A stretch of 64,000 nucleotides of DNA from an uncultured Veillonellaceae bacterium (lineage in GTDB: Bacteria; Bacillota; Negativicutes; Selenomonadales; Selenomonadaceae): contig CADCIX010000006.1 of NCBI GenBank assembly GCA_902801565.1, positions 10,070-74,069 of the forward strand. Reading direction: 5' to 3'. A program made the position numbers and the translations under genes. Positions within the stretch are counted from its first letter, which is position 1, and each line of letters begins with the position of its first letter. This document shows positions 34,644 through 43,288 of the stretch, piece after piece. The notes under the pieces were generated by a model. That model saw only the letters and a list, made by a program, of their open reading frames with translations. It did no database searches and had not been told where the DNA came from.

Positions 34644-36418
34644 GCGCCCTTCTCCTCCGCAGCATCTTCCTGTTCCTTCGTTTCCTGTGCTTTTTTCGCT
34701 TCTTCCTTTTCCATCCGGGCAAACGCTTTGGGATCGATCTCCTTCAGATATTCCTTGGGAATCTCAGCCTTGGAATCCAGGGTATGAAGCGTCCGGTAGG
34801 CGTCCAAGGCCTGCTCCCTCTGGTCCATCTCATCGTAGAGCTCCGCCGTGAGAAGCCATGCTACTGCGCTCTTTTTATCCAATTCCCTTGCCTTGGCACA
34901 GTCCTCCATTGCCTTTTCCCGATCTCCCATCATACGATAGATATCCGCCCTGTTCAAATAGTTCAAGGCATTACTCCCATCCATGCGAATGCCCTTCCCG
35001 GCATCTTCCAACGCCCCGGCAAAATCCCCTGCCACGGCCTTGGCCCTGCCGCGGATCACATAGCATTCCGCCATGTTGTCCTGCTTCTCGCTTTTCATGG
35101 CCCGTTCCATCTCCACCATAGCCATCTCACTCATGCCATAGTCGCTGTAGGCATCGCTGTTGTAACGGAGCTTTTCCGCAAACTTCTTGTCCGCGGACAA
35201 TGCCTGTTGCCGGATCTTCTCAAGCTCATCCATCCGCTTTTTCTCTTTCTCCTGAAGCTTCGCCCGGCCTTCTGCATCAGCTTCCCTGCCATAGGCTGCG
35301 GCCACCAGGGTTTCCAATCGCTGCATCGTTTCCCCATTTCCGGCAAACTCCTTCAGGATACCATAGACCCGGTCATCCGTGAGGCAATCCATTCTCCCCT
35401 GCTCCGTGCGGAAATTCCATCCCTCGATCGTGTCATGGTCATGGAATGCCTTGGCAAGAGCCCCGGCAACACCATAGGCATTCTCCACGGTATTGTCATA
35501 GCTCGCCCCCGTATCTCCCACGGAAAGGAAGAGCTCCCCATCGATGAGCACATCCTTCTGGTCGCGTATCGTCACATGCCCGCAGCTGTACTCCGTCATC
35601 AGCTCTGCCAGGCGCTTCTCGCGATCCTCTGTCTCCGGATGGTCGCTGTACTCCGTCTGGCCTTTCTTGTCCGGGCTGTCAAACTCATACATATCCCGGG
35701 TCTCATAGCGAAGGTAATGCTGCATGCGAGCCATTGCTGCGGCAGGCCCCCCGGGATTGAACCCGGCACTCGTCATGAGGAAGAAGCCTTCCTCATCCGC
35801 CTCTGCCTCCGTAGGCATCGTGACATTCGTGGCAATGGAATACCCCACAAGCCCGTTGAGTTTCTGCCAGTCAACGTTATTCGTCTCCATGCCGAGAAGG
35901 GTGATTCCCATGGCCTGCGCCACTGCCTGGGCATAATTGTGGGCGCTGTGCTGCCTGAGTCCATGCACCATCTCATGTGCCAGCACCGCTGCAATCTCGT
36001 CCTCATCAGAGTTGAGTCCCCGCACCAGCCCACGATTCACGCTGATGTAATTCGTCGGATAACAGGAAGCATTGAAGAGCTTGCTGTCATTCACTGCCCA
36101 TAGAAAAGGAAGCGAATTCACCTGCATCGCATAGTCTCCCTTATCGATGAGCTGCTTCATGACACGATCCACCAGCTGCACATCCATCGGGTTCCTGTCC
36201 TGCCCATTCTCCCGAAGATCCTGCCTGCGGCTGCTCACCTGGGCGTGGACATTATTGCCCATGCGCAGAAGATCCGTCAATGCCGACTTGTACATGCCGT
36301 AAATCCCCAATGCCTGGGCCGCTATCGCCCAGGGATCCGGGGAAGATGCCAGAGCCTTCCCTTGCGGCAGGATCCCCAAGGCAGCCACAAGCAAAACAGC
36401 AATCCATCGTTTCCACAT
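34640..36418 (-). CDS. Exported M48-family zinc metalloprotease with C-terminal TPR repeats (BepA-like architecture)
   Basis: Signal peptide MWKRWIAVLLVAALGILPQGKALA. HEMVH at aa 148-152, with a downstream EAEADE. The C-terminal approx 150 aa carry TPR-like repeats (AECYVIRGRAKAVAGDFAGALED..., ALNYLNRADIYRMMGDREKAMED...). Confidence 0.8.
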   Translation of the reverse strand: MWKRWIAVLLVAALGILPQGKALASSPDPWAIAAQALGIYGMYKSALTDLLRMGNNVHAQVSSRRQDLRENGQDRNPMDVQLVDRVMKQLIDKGDYAMQVNSLPFLWAVNDSKLFNASCYPTNYISVNRGLVRGLNSDEDEIAAVLAHEMVHGLRQHSAHNYAQAVAQAMGITLLGMETNNVDWQKLNGLVGYSIATNVTMPTEAEADEEGFFLMTSAGFNPGGPAAAMARMQHYLRYETRDMYEFDSPDKKGQTEYSDHPETEDREKRLAELMTEYSCGHVTIRDQKDVLIDGELFLSVGDTGASYDNTVENAYGVAGALAKAFHDHDTIEGWNFRTEQGRMDCLTDDRVYGILKEFAGNGETMQRLETLVAAAYGREADAEGRAKLQEKEKKRMDELEKIRQQALSADKKFAEKLRYNSDAYSDYGMSEMAMVEMERAMKSEKQDNMAECYVIRGRAKAVAGDFAGALEDAGKGIRMDGSNALNYLNRADIYRMMGDREKAMEDCAKARELDKKSAVAWLLTAELYDEMDQREQALDAYRTLHTLDSKAEIPKEYLKEIDPKAFARMEKEEAKKAQETKEQEDAAEEKGA

Positions 36419-36430
36419 ATCCGCAACCCC

Positions 36431-38059
36431 TCAAAACATGATCTTGCACTCAAACATACGATTCCATGGGAAACTCACCTTCAGGTTCTGCCACCCATTA
36501 AAAGAAGGAAAGTTCCTCTCCGCAAATTCCCTCAGAAGTGCGCCGACACGATTTTCCTCTTCCGTGCGGAAACCATCCAGCCGTCCATAGGCTTCTGCAT
36601 GCCCTGCCATCCGCAGCTCATTTTCCACAGCGCCTCGTACATTGGCCTGATATGCCCAGTCATCAAGATAGCGGCGAAGCAGGAGCCGCTCCCGTCCCGC
36701 ATCGGTCATCTTGTTGGACAGCATCCCTGTTCCCAGCGCGAAGCCGGAACTATTGGTCGCCGTGTTCCATCCGGAATACGCACGAAGCCTTCCCAGCAGG
36801 CCTTCCTTCCACAGATTCTCCATCAGTGCATTATCGGAACCATTGGCAAAGGCGATATCCGCAATCCCCACAGGATACCCTTTGGCGAGGCAGTCCTTCA
36901 GAAGGTCGAAGAAATACATGGAGCCATCCCGCGCATTTCCGTCATTGACCATCGGTGCAGAGCCCGGCACGGAAAAAGATGCCTCCCCTGTTCTCCCCTG
37001 AGGATCCGTATTCACCAACAGGACGAAATCCGCCTTGCCCGGTTCGGGAACCAGCATGCCGCCAGCCACCACCACAGAATCACGAATGGAATCCCCGATG
37101 TGCTCGTCGGAATAGGAAGGAATCGTATCCGCACCCGTGCCCTCATTGTACAACACATAGACAAAGGGAACCTCATTCTGCAAATCGTTGACCGCCCGCG
37201 TCAGGAGCAGCAGGTTGAATTCATCGATTCCCGTCATGGACTTGAACTGGCTCCCGGCCATTCCCCTTGTCGCGGCATAGGACTTGAGCTCCCTGTTTTC
37301 CTTATGTGTCTGGCAAAGAGGCGCATTGTCATCCCGACCGACAACGAAGCATTTCGCAATGCCTTGCTTCGTCAAGTCCATCAGCTGTTTCGTGGCGGAG
37401 AGGTTCTTCTCCCGACGGTTCATCCAGTCCAGCAATACCTCCGAGGGGATGCGCTGCCGGACCTCTTTCATCTCTGCTTTCTCCTGGGCGGAAAGATGCC
37501 CCATCTCCTCCTTGTCCTTGAGTGCCGTATAGCGAAAGATATCCGCGCCGTAATCATTGTAGTACTCCGGCTCCTCATTTCCGGAATAGATCCCGCTCTT
37601 CGGCGTCCGCATCAGGGAGCCGAAAAGGTACAGCCTGAGTTTCGGATACTTGTCGTGAAACTGCTTGAACCGTTTCACCCTCTCATCGATTTTCACCTGT
37701 GCAATCTCATGTTTCCGCGAGGGAATCAATCCCCCATAAAGCATGGAATCCGTGGAGACCACCGCTGCCTGCGCAGATTTTGCATTTTCCTCCAGCCATT
37801 TCCACAATCCATCGGGATTCCCCGGTTCTTCCAGGGCGCGGGACAACAAATCCTCCGGCGGCATCACCAGTTCATAGCCGGCCTGTTCCACCACCTCCGC
37901 CGTCTGCTGCATGGAAATCGGACGGTTGTCGTGGGGAATGAAGATGATCTTCTCCGCGCACTCTGCGCTGCCTCCCCATCCCAGCATCACAAAAACGGCC
38001 AGGCATGACAGCAACAAAATGCGGCAAATCCCTGTTTTTCTCTGTATCTTCTCTTTCAT
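36431..38059 (-). CDS. DUF4127-family protein with N-terminal signal/anchor
   Basis: MKEKIQRKTGICRILLLSCLAVFVMLGWGG, then IIFIPHDNRPIS and STDSMLYGGLIPSR, as in DUF4127. ATG at 38059 follows GGAGAA. The listed ORF start at 38224 overlaps the upstream gene. Confidence 0.75.
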   Translation of the reverse strand: MKEKIQRKTGICRILLLSCLAVFVMLGWGGSAECAEKIIFIPHDNRPISMQQTAEVVEQAGYELVMPPEDLLSRALEEPGNPDGLWKWLEENAKSAQAAVVSTDSMLYGGLIPSRKHEIAQVKIDERVKRFKQFHDKYPKLRLYLFGSLMRTPKSGIYSGNEEPEYYNDYGADIFRYTALKDKEEMGHLSAQEKAEMKEVRQRIPSEVLLDWMNRREKNLSATKQLMDLTKQGIAKCFVVGRDDNAPLCQTHKENRELKSYAATRGMAGSQFKSMTGIDEFNLLLLTRAVNDLQNEVPFVYVLYNEGTGADTIPSYSDEHIGDSIRDSVVVAGGMLVPEPGKADFVLLVNTDPQGRTGEASFSVPGSAPMVNDGNARDGSMYFFDLLKDCLAKGYPVGIADIAFANGSDNALMENLWKEGLLGRLRAYSGWNTATNSSGFALGTGMLSNKMTDAGRERLLLRRYLDDWAYQANVRGAVENELRMAGHAEAYGRLDGFRTEEENRVGALLREFAERNFPSFNGWQNLKVSFPWNRMFECKIMF

Positions 38060-38123
38060 AGAATTCTCCAAAATCATCCCCCTCAACGAATCACCCGCTT
38101 CACATGGTTTCCTTCTGAACTTT

Positions 38124-39314
38124 TCATGTTTCCTCATCCTTTGCCATGCAGCAGTTCTTGTATTTCTTCCCGCTGCCGCAGGGACAGGGATCGTTTCTTT
38201 TTGCCTTCGCCTTATGCTGCCCAAAGGGAACCACCTTCCCCTTGCTTTCCCCCATAAGTTCCCCGGGGGTGTGTCCCTTGAGGGGCCAGAGATGTGTGGA
38301 ATTGTTGAAATCCATCAGCAGGGGAACCATCGCCTTTGCCTTGCGGTCATCTGCCATGAGGCCAAGCTCCTCAAGATATTCCACCACATCCTTCATGGCA
38401 TTGCCGTTCTGCAGCAGGATAAGGATTTCCCCCACCACATCCGCTGCTTTGAGGACATCGTATCCATGCTCCTTCATGATGAACTGCGCCAGTGCCTTAT
38501 AGGCATCCGTCGCTTCAATATAATTGTCCTCCCCTGCCTCATAGACCTTGTCATAAGGCAATTTGACAAAGTCCAGATTGCTGCGGCGGCACTGCTCGTT
38601 CTCCAGTTTGTCTGCACTGATGAGAGTATAGTATTTCATTCCATGGGGAAGTGCCCCGATGTTCTGCTTCCAGCATGCCGCATTGAGCATGATGCCCACG
38701 AAATCCATAAAGGAAACGGTCTCCCGCGCCTCCTTCTCCAGATATCCTCCCACCATACCATAGAGCTGGTCAAAATTCAGATAACCGCAATAAAAGAGCA
38801 GCCCCGTTGCCAGTCTTGCAATTTCCGTATTGAGTTCCACCGCACTGCGGAAAACACCAGAATCAATCTTCCGAAACTCCTCCTGTATCTCCTCCGGCAT
38901 GTACCAGGCGAGCTTTTCCTCCTGCACGCCGCAGGAAACAAGCCCCAGCCCCATCAGATAATCCAGTCGGATATCATCATCCCGAAGTTCCGTGGAGATG
39001 CCGGAATGTTCCATGAGATGGCGGAAACAGCCGTATTCCTCTTCCAGCATGGACGGGAACCAGCGACGGGAAAACTCCGGCACCGCCTCCGCCAGTCTTT
39101 CCACCAGTTCGTCCTTCTTCAGGGAACTGATCCCTGTCACATTGAGGTTATAGCAGATATCCTCCAACGTCGTCTTCGTCATACCGGAAAGGGCACTTCT
39201 CAAATCTCTTTTCTCCGGAAGTTTGTGGCGATAAAGCTGTTTGCGCCGTTCCTCCTTTGCCGCCGCTTCCAAATTTTCCAATTCTTTCGTGATATCGATT
39301 TCTTTAGGTTTCAA
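38124..39314 (-). CDS. SEC-C motif protein with an N-terminal SAP/Rho-N-like helix-hairpin
   Basis: C-terminal DPCPCGSGKKYKNCC (nt 38148-38186). N-terminal LEDICYNLNVTGISSLKKDELVERLAEAV. TTG start at 39314 follows GGAGAT. Confidence 0.75.
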   Translation of the reverse strand: MKPKEIDITKELENLEAAAKEERRKQLYRHKLPEKRDLRSALSGMTKTTLEDICYNLNVTGISSLKKDELVERLAEAVPEFSRRWFPSMLEEEYGCFRHLMEHSGISTELRDDDIRLDYLMGLGLVSCGVQEEKLAWYMPEEIQEEFRKIDSGVFRSAVELNTEIARLATGLLFYCGYLNFDQLYGMVGGYLEKEARETVSFMDFVGIMLNAACWKQNIGALPHGMKYYTLISADKLENEQCRRSNLDFVKLPYDKVYEAGEDNYIEATDAYKALAQFIMKEHGYDVLKAADVVGEILILLQNGNAMKDVVEYLEELGLMADDRKAKAMVPLLMDFNNSTHLWPLKGHTPGELMGESKGKVVPFGQHKAKAKRNDPCPCGSGKKYKNCCMAKDEET

Positions 39315-39413
39315 GCTCTTTCATCTCCAATATAACATAATCCTGCCCCTGCTTTGGGCATGTTGATAAATTACGCCAGCACACCTTAAAAGTTCATACT
39401 ATATATCATGATA

Positions 39414-39469
39414 TTATCCACAAATCGTTTTCCACAGCCTGTGGATAATGTGGATATTTCCGTGGATAA
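39414..39469. promoter_or_regulatory. Cluster of five DnaA-box-like 9-mers
   Basis: TTATCCACA (39414-39422, perfect), TTTTCCACA (39428-39436), TGTGGATAA (39440-39448, perfect, inverted), TGTGGATAT (39449-39457) and CGTGGATAA (39461-39469). Confidence 0.7.
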
Positions 39470-39539
39470 ACAAATATCCTGCCCTTTATTCTATCACGTG
39501 AAAGACTTGCGGGCAAACTATTTGCCCGCCCTGTCTGCA

Positions 39540-40685
39540 TCAAGAAATCCTCAATAAAGATTCAAAATATCCTGCCATGTGATTTTCCCTCAAATACTCG
39601 CGGATAATCCTCATGGCATCCCTATTGTGGTCCAGCCGCTCTGTCAGGCGGTCAATGCCAAGGAGAACCTCCTCAAATCCCATCCCCCCCTGCGCCGACA
39701 TCATCAGCAATGCAAACTCCATCACCTTCCATGACAGGACGAAGATCCGCGCATTCTCCTCCATGGACTCGGGATAGGCGTAGGGATAAAAACGAAGGAA
39801 GAACTCATTGGACAGGTAATTCTCGAACAAGGAGCGATGCTCCTGCAGAAGCTGTTTTGCAAAAACGGGATACTGTCCTTCATAAATTTCCAGCAATACC
39901 CCCAAGCGCTCCTCATCCGACGGTGCCCCGTAGAGTGCATGGAACAGCTCCATCATGGCGCGGATGTATCCTGTCCTCGAAAATTTCCCGTCGCTCCCCT
40001 CTTCCAAGACACGAAGGGAAAACTCCCCGGACTCCACATCCTCCAACAGCCTCCCAAAGCCCTTGCCATCTCCTGCCTCCAACAGGACTTCCGCCCGCCT
40101 GTAAAAAGACAGCAGGGAAAACAGGCACTGGTCAAGGGTGAGCCTCCTGTCCTGCAAAAGCCAGATACCCGCCGACTGCAGATCCTGCCAGTCCTCCCCA
40201 TGCTGCCCCACCTTATCCGTCATATCGAACTGCCAGCCCCTTCGCTGCTCTTCCCTCTCTTCCTCCACAAAACGAAGGGGCCCGTCCTGTCCCAGGAGCA
40301 ATCTGGCCGCCACAGGACAGCTCATGGCCAGGGACTGCTCCACAACCTCCCCGATCCGATAAGTCACCCGGGGATAGGAATAGCAGATGTCCGACAGAAA
40401 TTCCTCCCCATAGTCCTTCTGCAGGCGGCAGAGACTATCCTCCCGCAGAAATGGGCACCTCCTGTCCTCCCGAAGACGCACCGGATAATTCCCCTTCTCG
40501 TCCTGCCCGGAGAACCACCCGCAAATCTCATCGCACACATCCCTTGGCTCCATCCCTTGATACTTCTCATATGTCCCAGGGTCCACCGCCACGCTCCAAT
40601 CCCTGCAGCAGCGACTGCCACACGCCTTCCCGTCACATCGAAACTGCCCCACATATTCCGGATATATATACGTCACCATGCTCAT
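39540..40685 (-). CDS. FliB-family flagellin lysine-N-methylase-like protein
   Basis: YPEYVGQFRCDGKACGSRCCRDWSVAVDPGTYEKY matches the FliB N-terminal Cys cluster (F.C.G.AC...CC..W.I.(L/V)D). About 380 aa. Confidence 0.7.
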   Translation of the reverse strand: MSMVTYIYPEYVGQFRCDGKACGSRCCRDWSVAVDPGTYEKYQGMEPRDVCDEICGWFSGQDEKGNYPVRLREDRRCPFLREDSLCRLQKDYGEEFLSDICYSYPRVTYRIGEVVEQSLAMSCPVAARLLLGQDGPLRFVEEEREEQRRGWQFDMTDKVGQHGEDWQDLQSAGIWLLQDRRLTLDQCLFSLLSFYRRAEVLLEAGDGKGFGRLLEDVESGEFSLRVLEEGSDGKFSRTGYIRAMMELFHALYGAPSDEERLGVLLEIYEGQYPVFAKQLLQEHRSLFENYLSNEFFLRFYPYAYPESMEENARIFVLSWKVMEFALLMMSAQGGMGFEEVLLGIDRLTERLDHNRDAMRIIREYLRENHMAGYFESLLRIS

Positions 40686-40807
40686 CCCAACCACTCCAAA
40701 AATAGCATTTGCCTTTTATCACAGCAAATGCTAGAATTCTCATATCACTATTATATCATAGGACAATAAAAAGTACCTCAAGAAACCAATGACAGCAGGT
40801 GATTCCC

Positions 40808-41233
40808 ATGCCCAACTTAAACGAAACCGACCTCTCCAATCTCTCCCGCCCCCACGGCCAGGAGCAACAGTTAAAAATGGAACTCCTCAACATGATCCAC
40901 AGTGCCGAAAACCCCTTCGACATCATCTGCCATGTGGCACGGCAGCTGGAAACAAGCTCCGGCGAACCCGGATACGCCCAGTATGTAGAAGAACAACTTC
41001 GGGCTGTCTACGGCTTTGCCCTGCAGCACAAAAAACTCCTGACAGACGAACTCCGCGATGTGGAGGAACGCCTCAAAATCATCGAGGAGCGCAACAAGAA
41101 CGGTGACTTCACCGAAGAAGAACACACCCGCATCGGCTTCGCCATCGACCGCCACAAGAAAAATATCGAACGCCTCAAGACCATGATCCAAAAAGCCGAA
41201 GCAGATGGAACCCCCCTCTATTTCGACAAATGA
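40808..41233 (+). CDS. Hypothetical protein (141 aa)
   Basis: Plus-strand ORF with AGGTGA upstream of ATG 40808 and a terminator downstream. No family recognised. Confidence 0.5.
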   Translation: MPNLNETDLSNLSRPHGQEQQLKMELLNMIHSAENPFDIICHVARQLETSSGEPGYAQYVEEQLRAVYGFALQHKKLLTDELRDVEERLKIIEERNKNGDFTEEEHTRIGFAIDRHKKNIERLKTMIQKAEADGTPLYFDK

Positions 41234-41244
41234 GCACACAAAAA

Positions 41245-41272
41245 AGCTTCCAAGGAAAACTCCCTGGAAGCT
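41245..41272. terminator. Bidirectional terminator between convergent genes
   Basis: AGCTTCCAAGG-aaaactc-CCTGGAAGCT, flanked by an A-run and a T-run. Confidence 0.65.
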
Positions 41273-41278
41273 CTTCTT

Positions 41279-42085
41279 TTAAATCAGTACATAGACGGTG
41301 ATATCGCGGCGGCCAAACTCCATGGCCTCGCCATAATCCTCCATGCAGAGGTCAATCATGTTGCCAATGATGGCCCCGCCGGTATCGGCGGCAATTGCCT
41401 CACCATAGCCGGGGATGTAAAGGCGTGTACCAAGCGGTATCACATCAGGGTCCACAGCCACCACGCCGCGTTCGGCCATCATGCCGGAAGCCGTGATGCC
41501 ATCCCCGCCGCCATCTGTCGGCAGATAGGCACTCGCCTCCATGATCATGGCCTCTGAGTAGCGAGCCATGCCCCGCGACGTCTCTACCTGTTCTCCGCGC
41601 TGTCTTTCAGCCTCAGCCGCTCGCTCTGCCGCAATTCTGGCTGCCCTGTCAGACAATGTTATATCGAGATGCTCATGAATTGTCGTTTCCAATCCCGGAG
41701 TGACATCATAGTCCTCCAGCTGATAGCCCATATCCAGAAGGGCTTCTTCCACTGTCAACTTACTGGTCAAAACTTCACTTTTCTGTCCATCGCAATCAAT
41801 AGTTACCGGGACAGCACGGTAAACCGTAATCTCTGTCTTGTTTCCATCTTTCTTCAGACGATACTCGTCCTTATCCTCAAGGGATATCCCTGCCTCACGC
41901 AGGATTCGTTCCGGGCTGACCTTGGCGGTATGGGTGTCTATGACACGCCCGTCCACCTCAATCTGCACATGCTGTATATCTTTCTGTGTAAAACCTGTCG
42001 TCAGCATCATGAACGAGGCCAACATCAGGCTGACTGCCAATTTTTTCTCGTTCTTTCGGAATAAGCGTATTTTCTTTAAACTCAT
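41279..42085 (-). CDS. YabE-like cell-wall protein (DUF348 repeats + C-terminal 3D domain)
   Basis: N-terminal anchor, ubiquitin-like DUF348-type repeats (V.I.VDG......T...TV...L...GI), and a C-terminal 3D-domain pattern (GVVAVDPDVIPLGTRLYIPGYG...ADTGGAI.GN.IDL). Confidence 0.75.
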   Translation of the reverse strand: MSLKKIRLFRKNEKKLAVSLMLASFMMLTTGFTQKDIQHVQIEVDGRVIDTHTAKVSPERILREAGISLEDKDEYRLKKDGNKTEITVYRAVPVTIDCDGQKSEVLTSKLTVEEALLDMGYQLEDYDVTPGLETTIHEHLDITLSDRAARIAAERAAEAERQRGEQVETSRGMARYSEAMIMEASAYLPTDGGGDGITASGMMAERGVVAVDPDVIPLGTRLYIPGYGEAIAADTGGAIIGNMIDLCMEDYGEAMEFGRRDITVYVLI

Positions 42086-42372
42086 TCAATTCCCCCTTTC
42101 GACAGCATTCGGAAAACAGTCCCGAACCCGATAAGTCACTGCCTCACCAAGTTCTTGTGTCATAGTTTCCCACTTCTGTCTGAAAAAACACTGTAAAATG
42201 GTCCCAACTCCCCACTATGGCATCAGATTCGCCATGCTTCTACCACTTTTCAATGAAAAGAATATGAAAGTGCTTGAAGTCCTATAAAACAAGGACTGCC
42301 AGCGAATAGCACCAGCAGTCCTTTAATAACTAAAATTTATTATTTATATTCATTTTTTTCATCGATTTTATT

Positions 42373-43275
42373 TCATAAAAACTCTTGATACGTGTCAAGA
42401 AAGAGACGACGCGCCTCATTGTAGTCCGGATCCGTATCAAAGGAAAAACCCGGACTATCATGGATACACCATATATCACCCGAACAGGGCACCACAATGC
42501 GATAGCCCCTTTTCCGAAACTCCATGGACTGAGAGATATCATAGAAATGCCATCCATGAAACAAATCGCTTCGCCATGGCAGGTCATATTGTGTCATCAT
42601 GAATATCCCGTCAATAGCCTCAACAAATTCAAATTCCTTTTCCGTTTTCAAAAATCCCAGCCTATACGTGAGGTCAGGGGAAACTGCCTGGGCTGCAACG
42701 CCATATCCCTGTCCCTCCGTCTCGTACCAACGACCGTTTTTTGGCATACTGCTGCATCCGGCAAACCCAATCATCCCAACTTCCGGATGTTCCGCAAAAA
42801 TGCGCAGCATACGCTGCAAGGCATCCTCTTTTACGACACAAAGATCCTGGTGAATGTAAATCTTGTACTTCGCCCGGCTGCTCTGCATCCCCTCCTGGTA
42901 GCCGCTGGTGATGCTCTCCGCATGATAGATGGCGATAGGCTCCAATTCCATCCCATCCGGCAAATCACATTGGCTCAGATACAAAAGACATTCCTCGTAT
43001 TTCCTATCATCATTCACGCAGGAAATGACCGCAATTCTCTTGTCATCAGGAGTTTCTTCCTTGCCTCCCGAAAGTGCCGCCAGGACCCTGTCCGGATGCA
43101 AGCACGCCTGAACAAAGGGAAGCAACTTCTCTTGGGAGATGTGATGATTTGCACATAGACGCCACAGTTTGCTCGCATTCGCCTTCACATCGATGCCATA
43201 CTCGAGCCGACGCAGTATATAAGCCAACTCCCAACGAATCTCCAACGGAATCTCCTGTGGTGACTGTTCCGCCAT
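42373..43275 (-). CDS. Glycosyltransferase-like protein (GT2-like fold)
   Basis: IAVISCVNDDRKYEECL...YIHQDL...AIDGIFMMT...WHFYD resembles the glycosyltransferase-like family. Noticeably lower GC than its flanks, by eye. Confidence 0.5.
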   Translation of the reverse strand: MAEQSPQEIPLEIRWELAYILRRLEYGIDVKANASKLWRLCANHHISQEKLLPFVQACLHPDRVLAALSGGKEETPDDKRIAVISCVNDDRKYEECLLYLSQCDLPDGMELEPIAIYHAESITSGYQEGMQSSRAKYKIYIHQDLCVVKEDALQRMLRIFAEHPEVGMIGFAGCSSMPKNGRWYETEGQGYGVAAQAVSPDLTYRLGFLKTEKEFEFVEAIDGIFMMTQYDLPWRSDLFHGWHFYDISQSMEFRKRGYRIVVPCSGDIWCIHDSPGFSFDTDPDYNEARRLFLDTYQEFL

Positions 43276-43288
43276 TTTGGCACCCCCT

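Noticed and set aside
39386-39469. The DnaA-box cluster as the chromosomal origin (oriC).
   Set aside because: No dnaA or dnaN gene is adjacent. The AT-rich tract is short, and I cannot identify DnaA-trio-like repeats with confidence. It is kept as a DnaA-box-cluster finding rather than an origin call.
42086-42372. A ydaO-type c-di-AMP riboswitch upstream of the yabE-like gene.
   Set aside because: Only fragments resemble the motif (GCGAAUC, GGGGAG, GGGACC on the coding-sense strand). The CCGAACCCG block occurs on the wrong strand. The pseudo-twofold second half (GGGGU.AAUC ... ACCCG.CAGCUAAC) is not present. A covariance-model search would be needed to revisit this.
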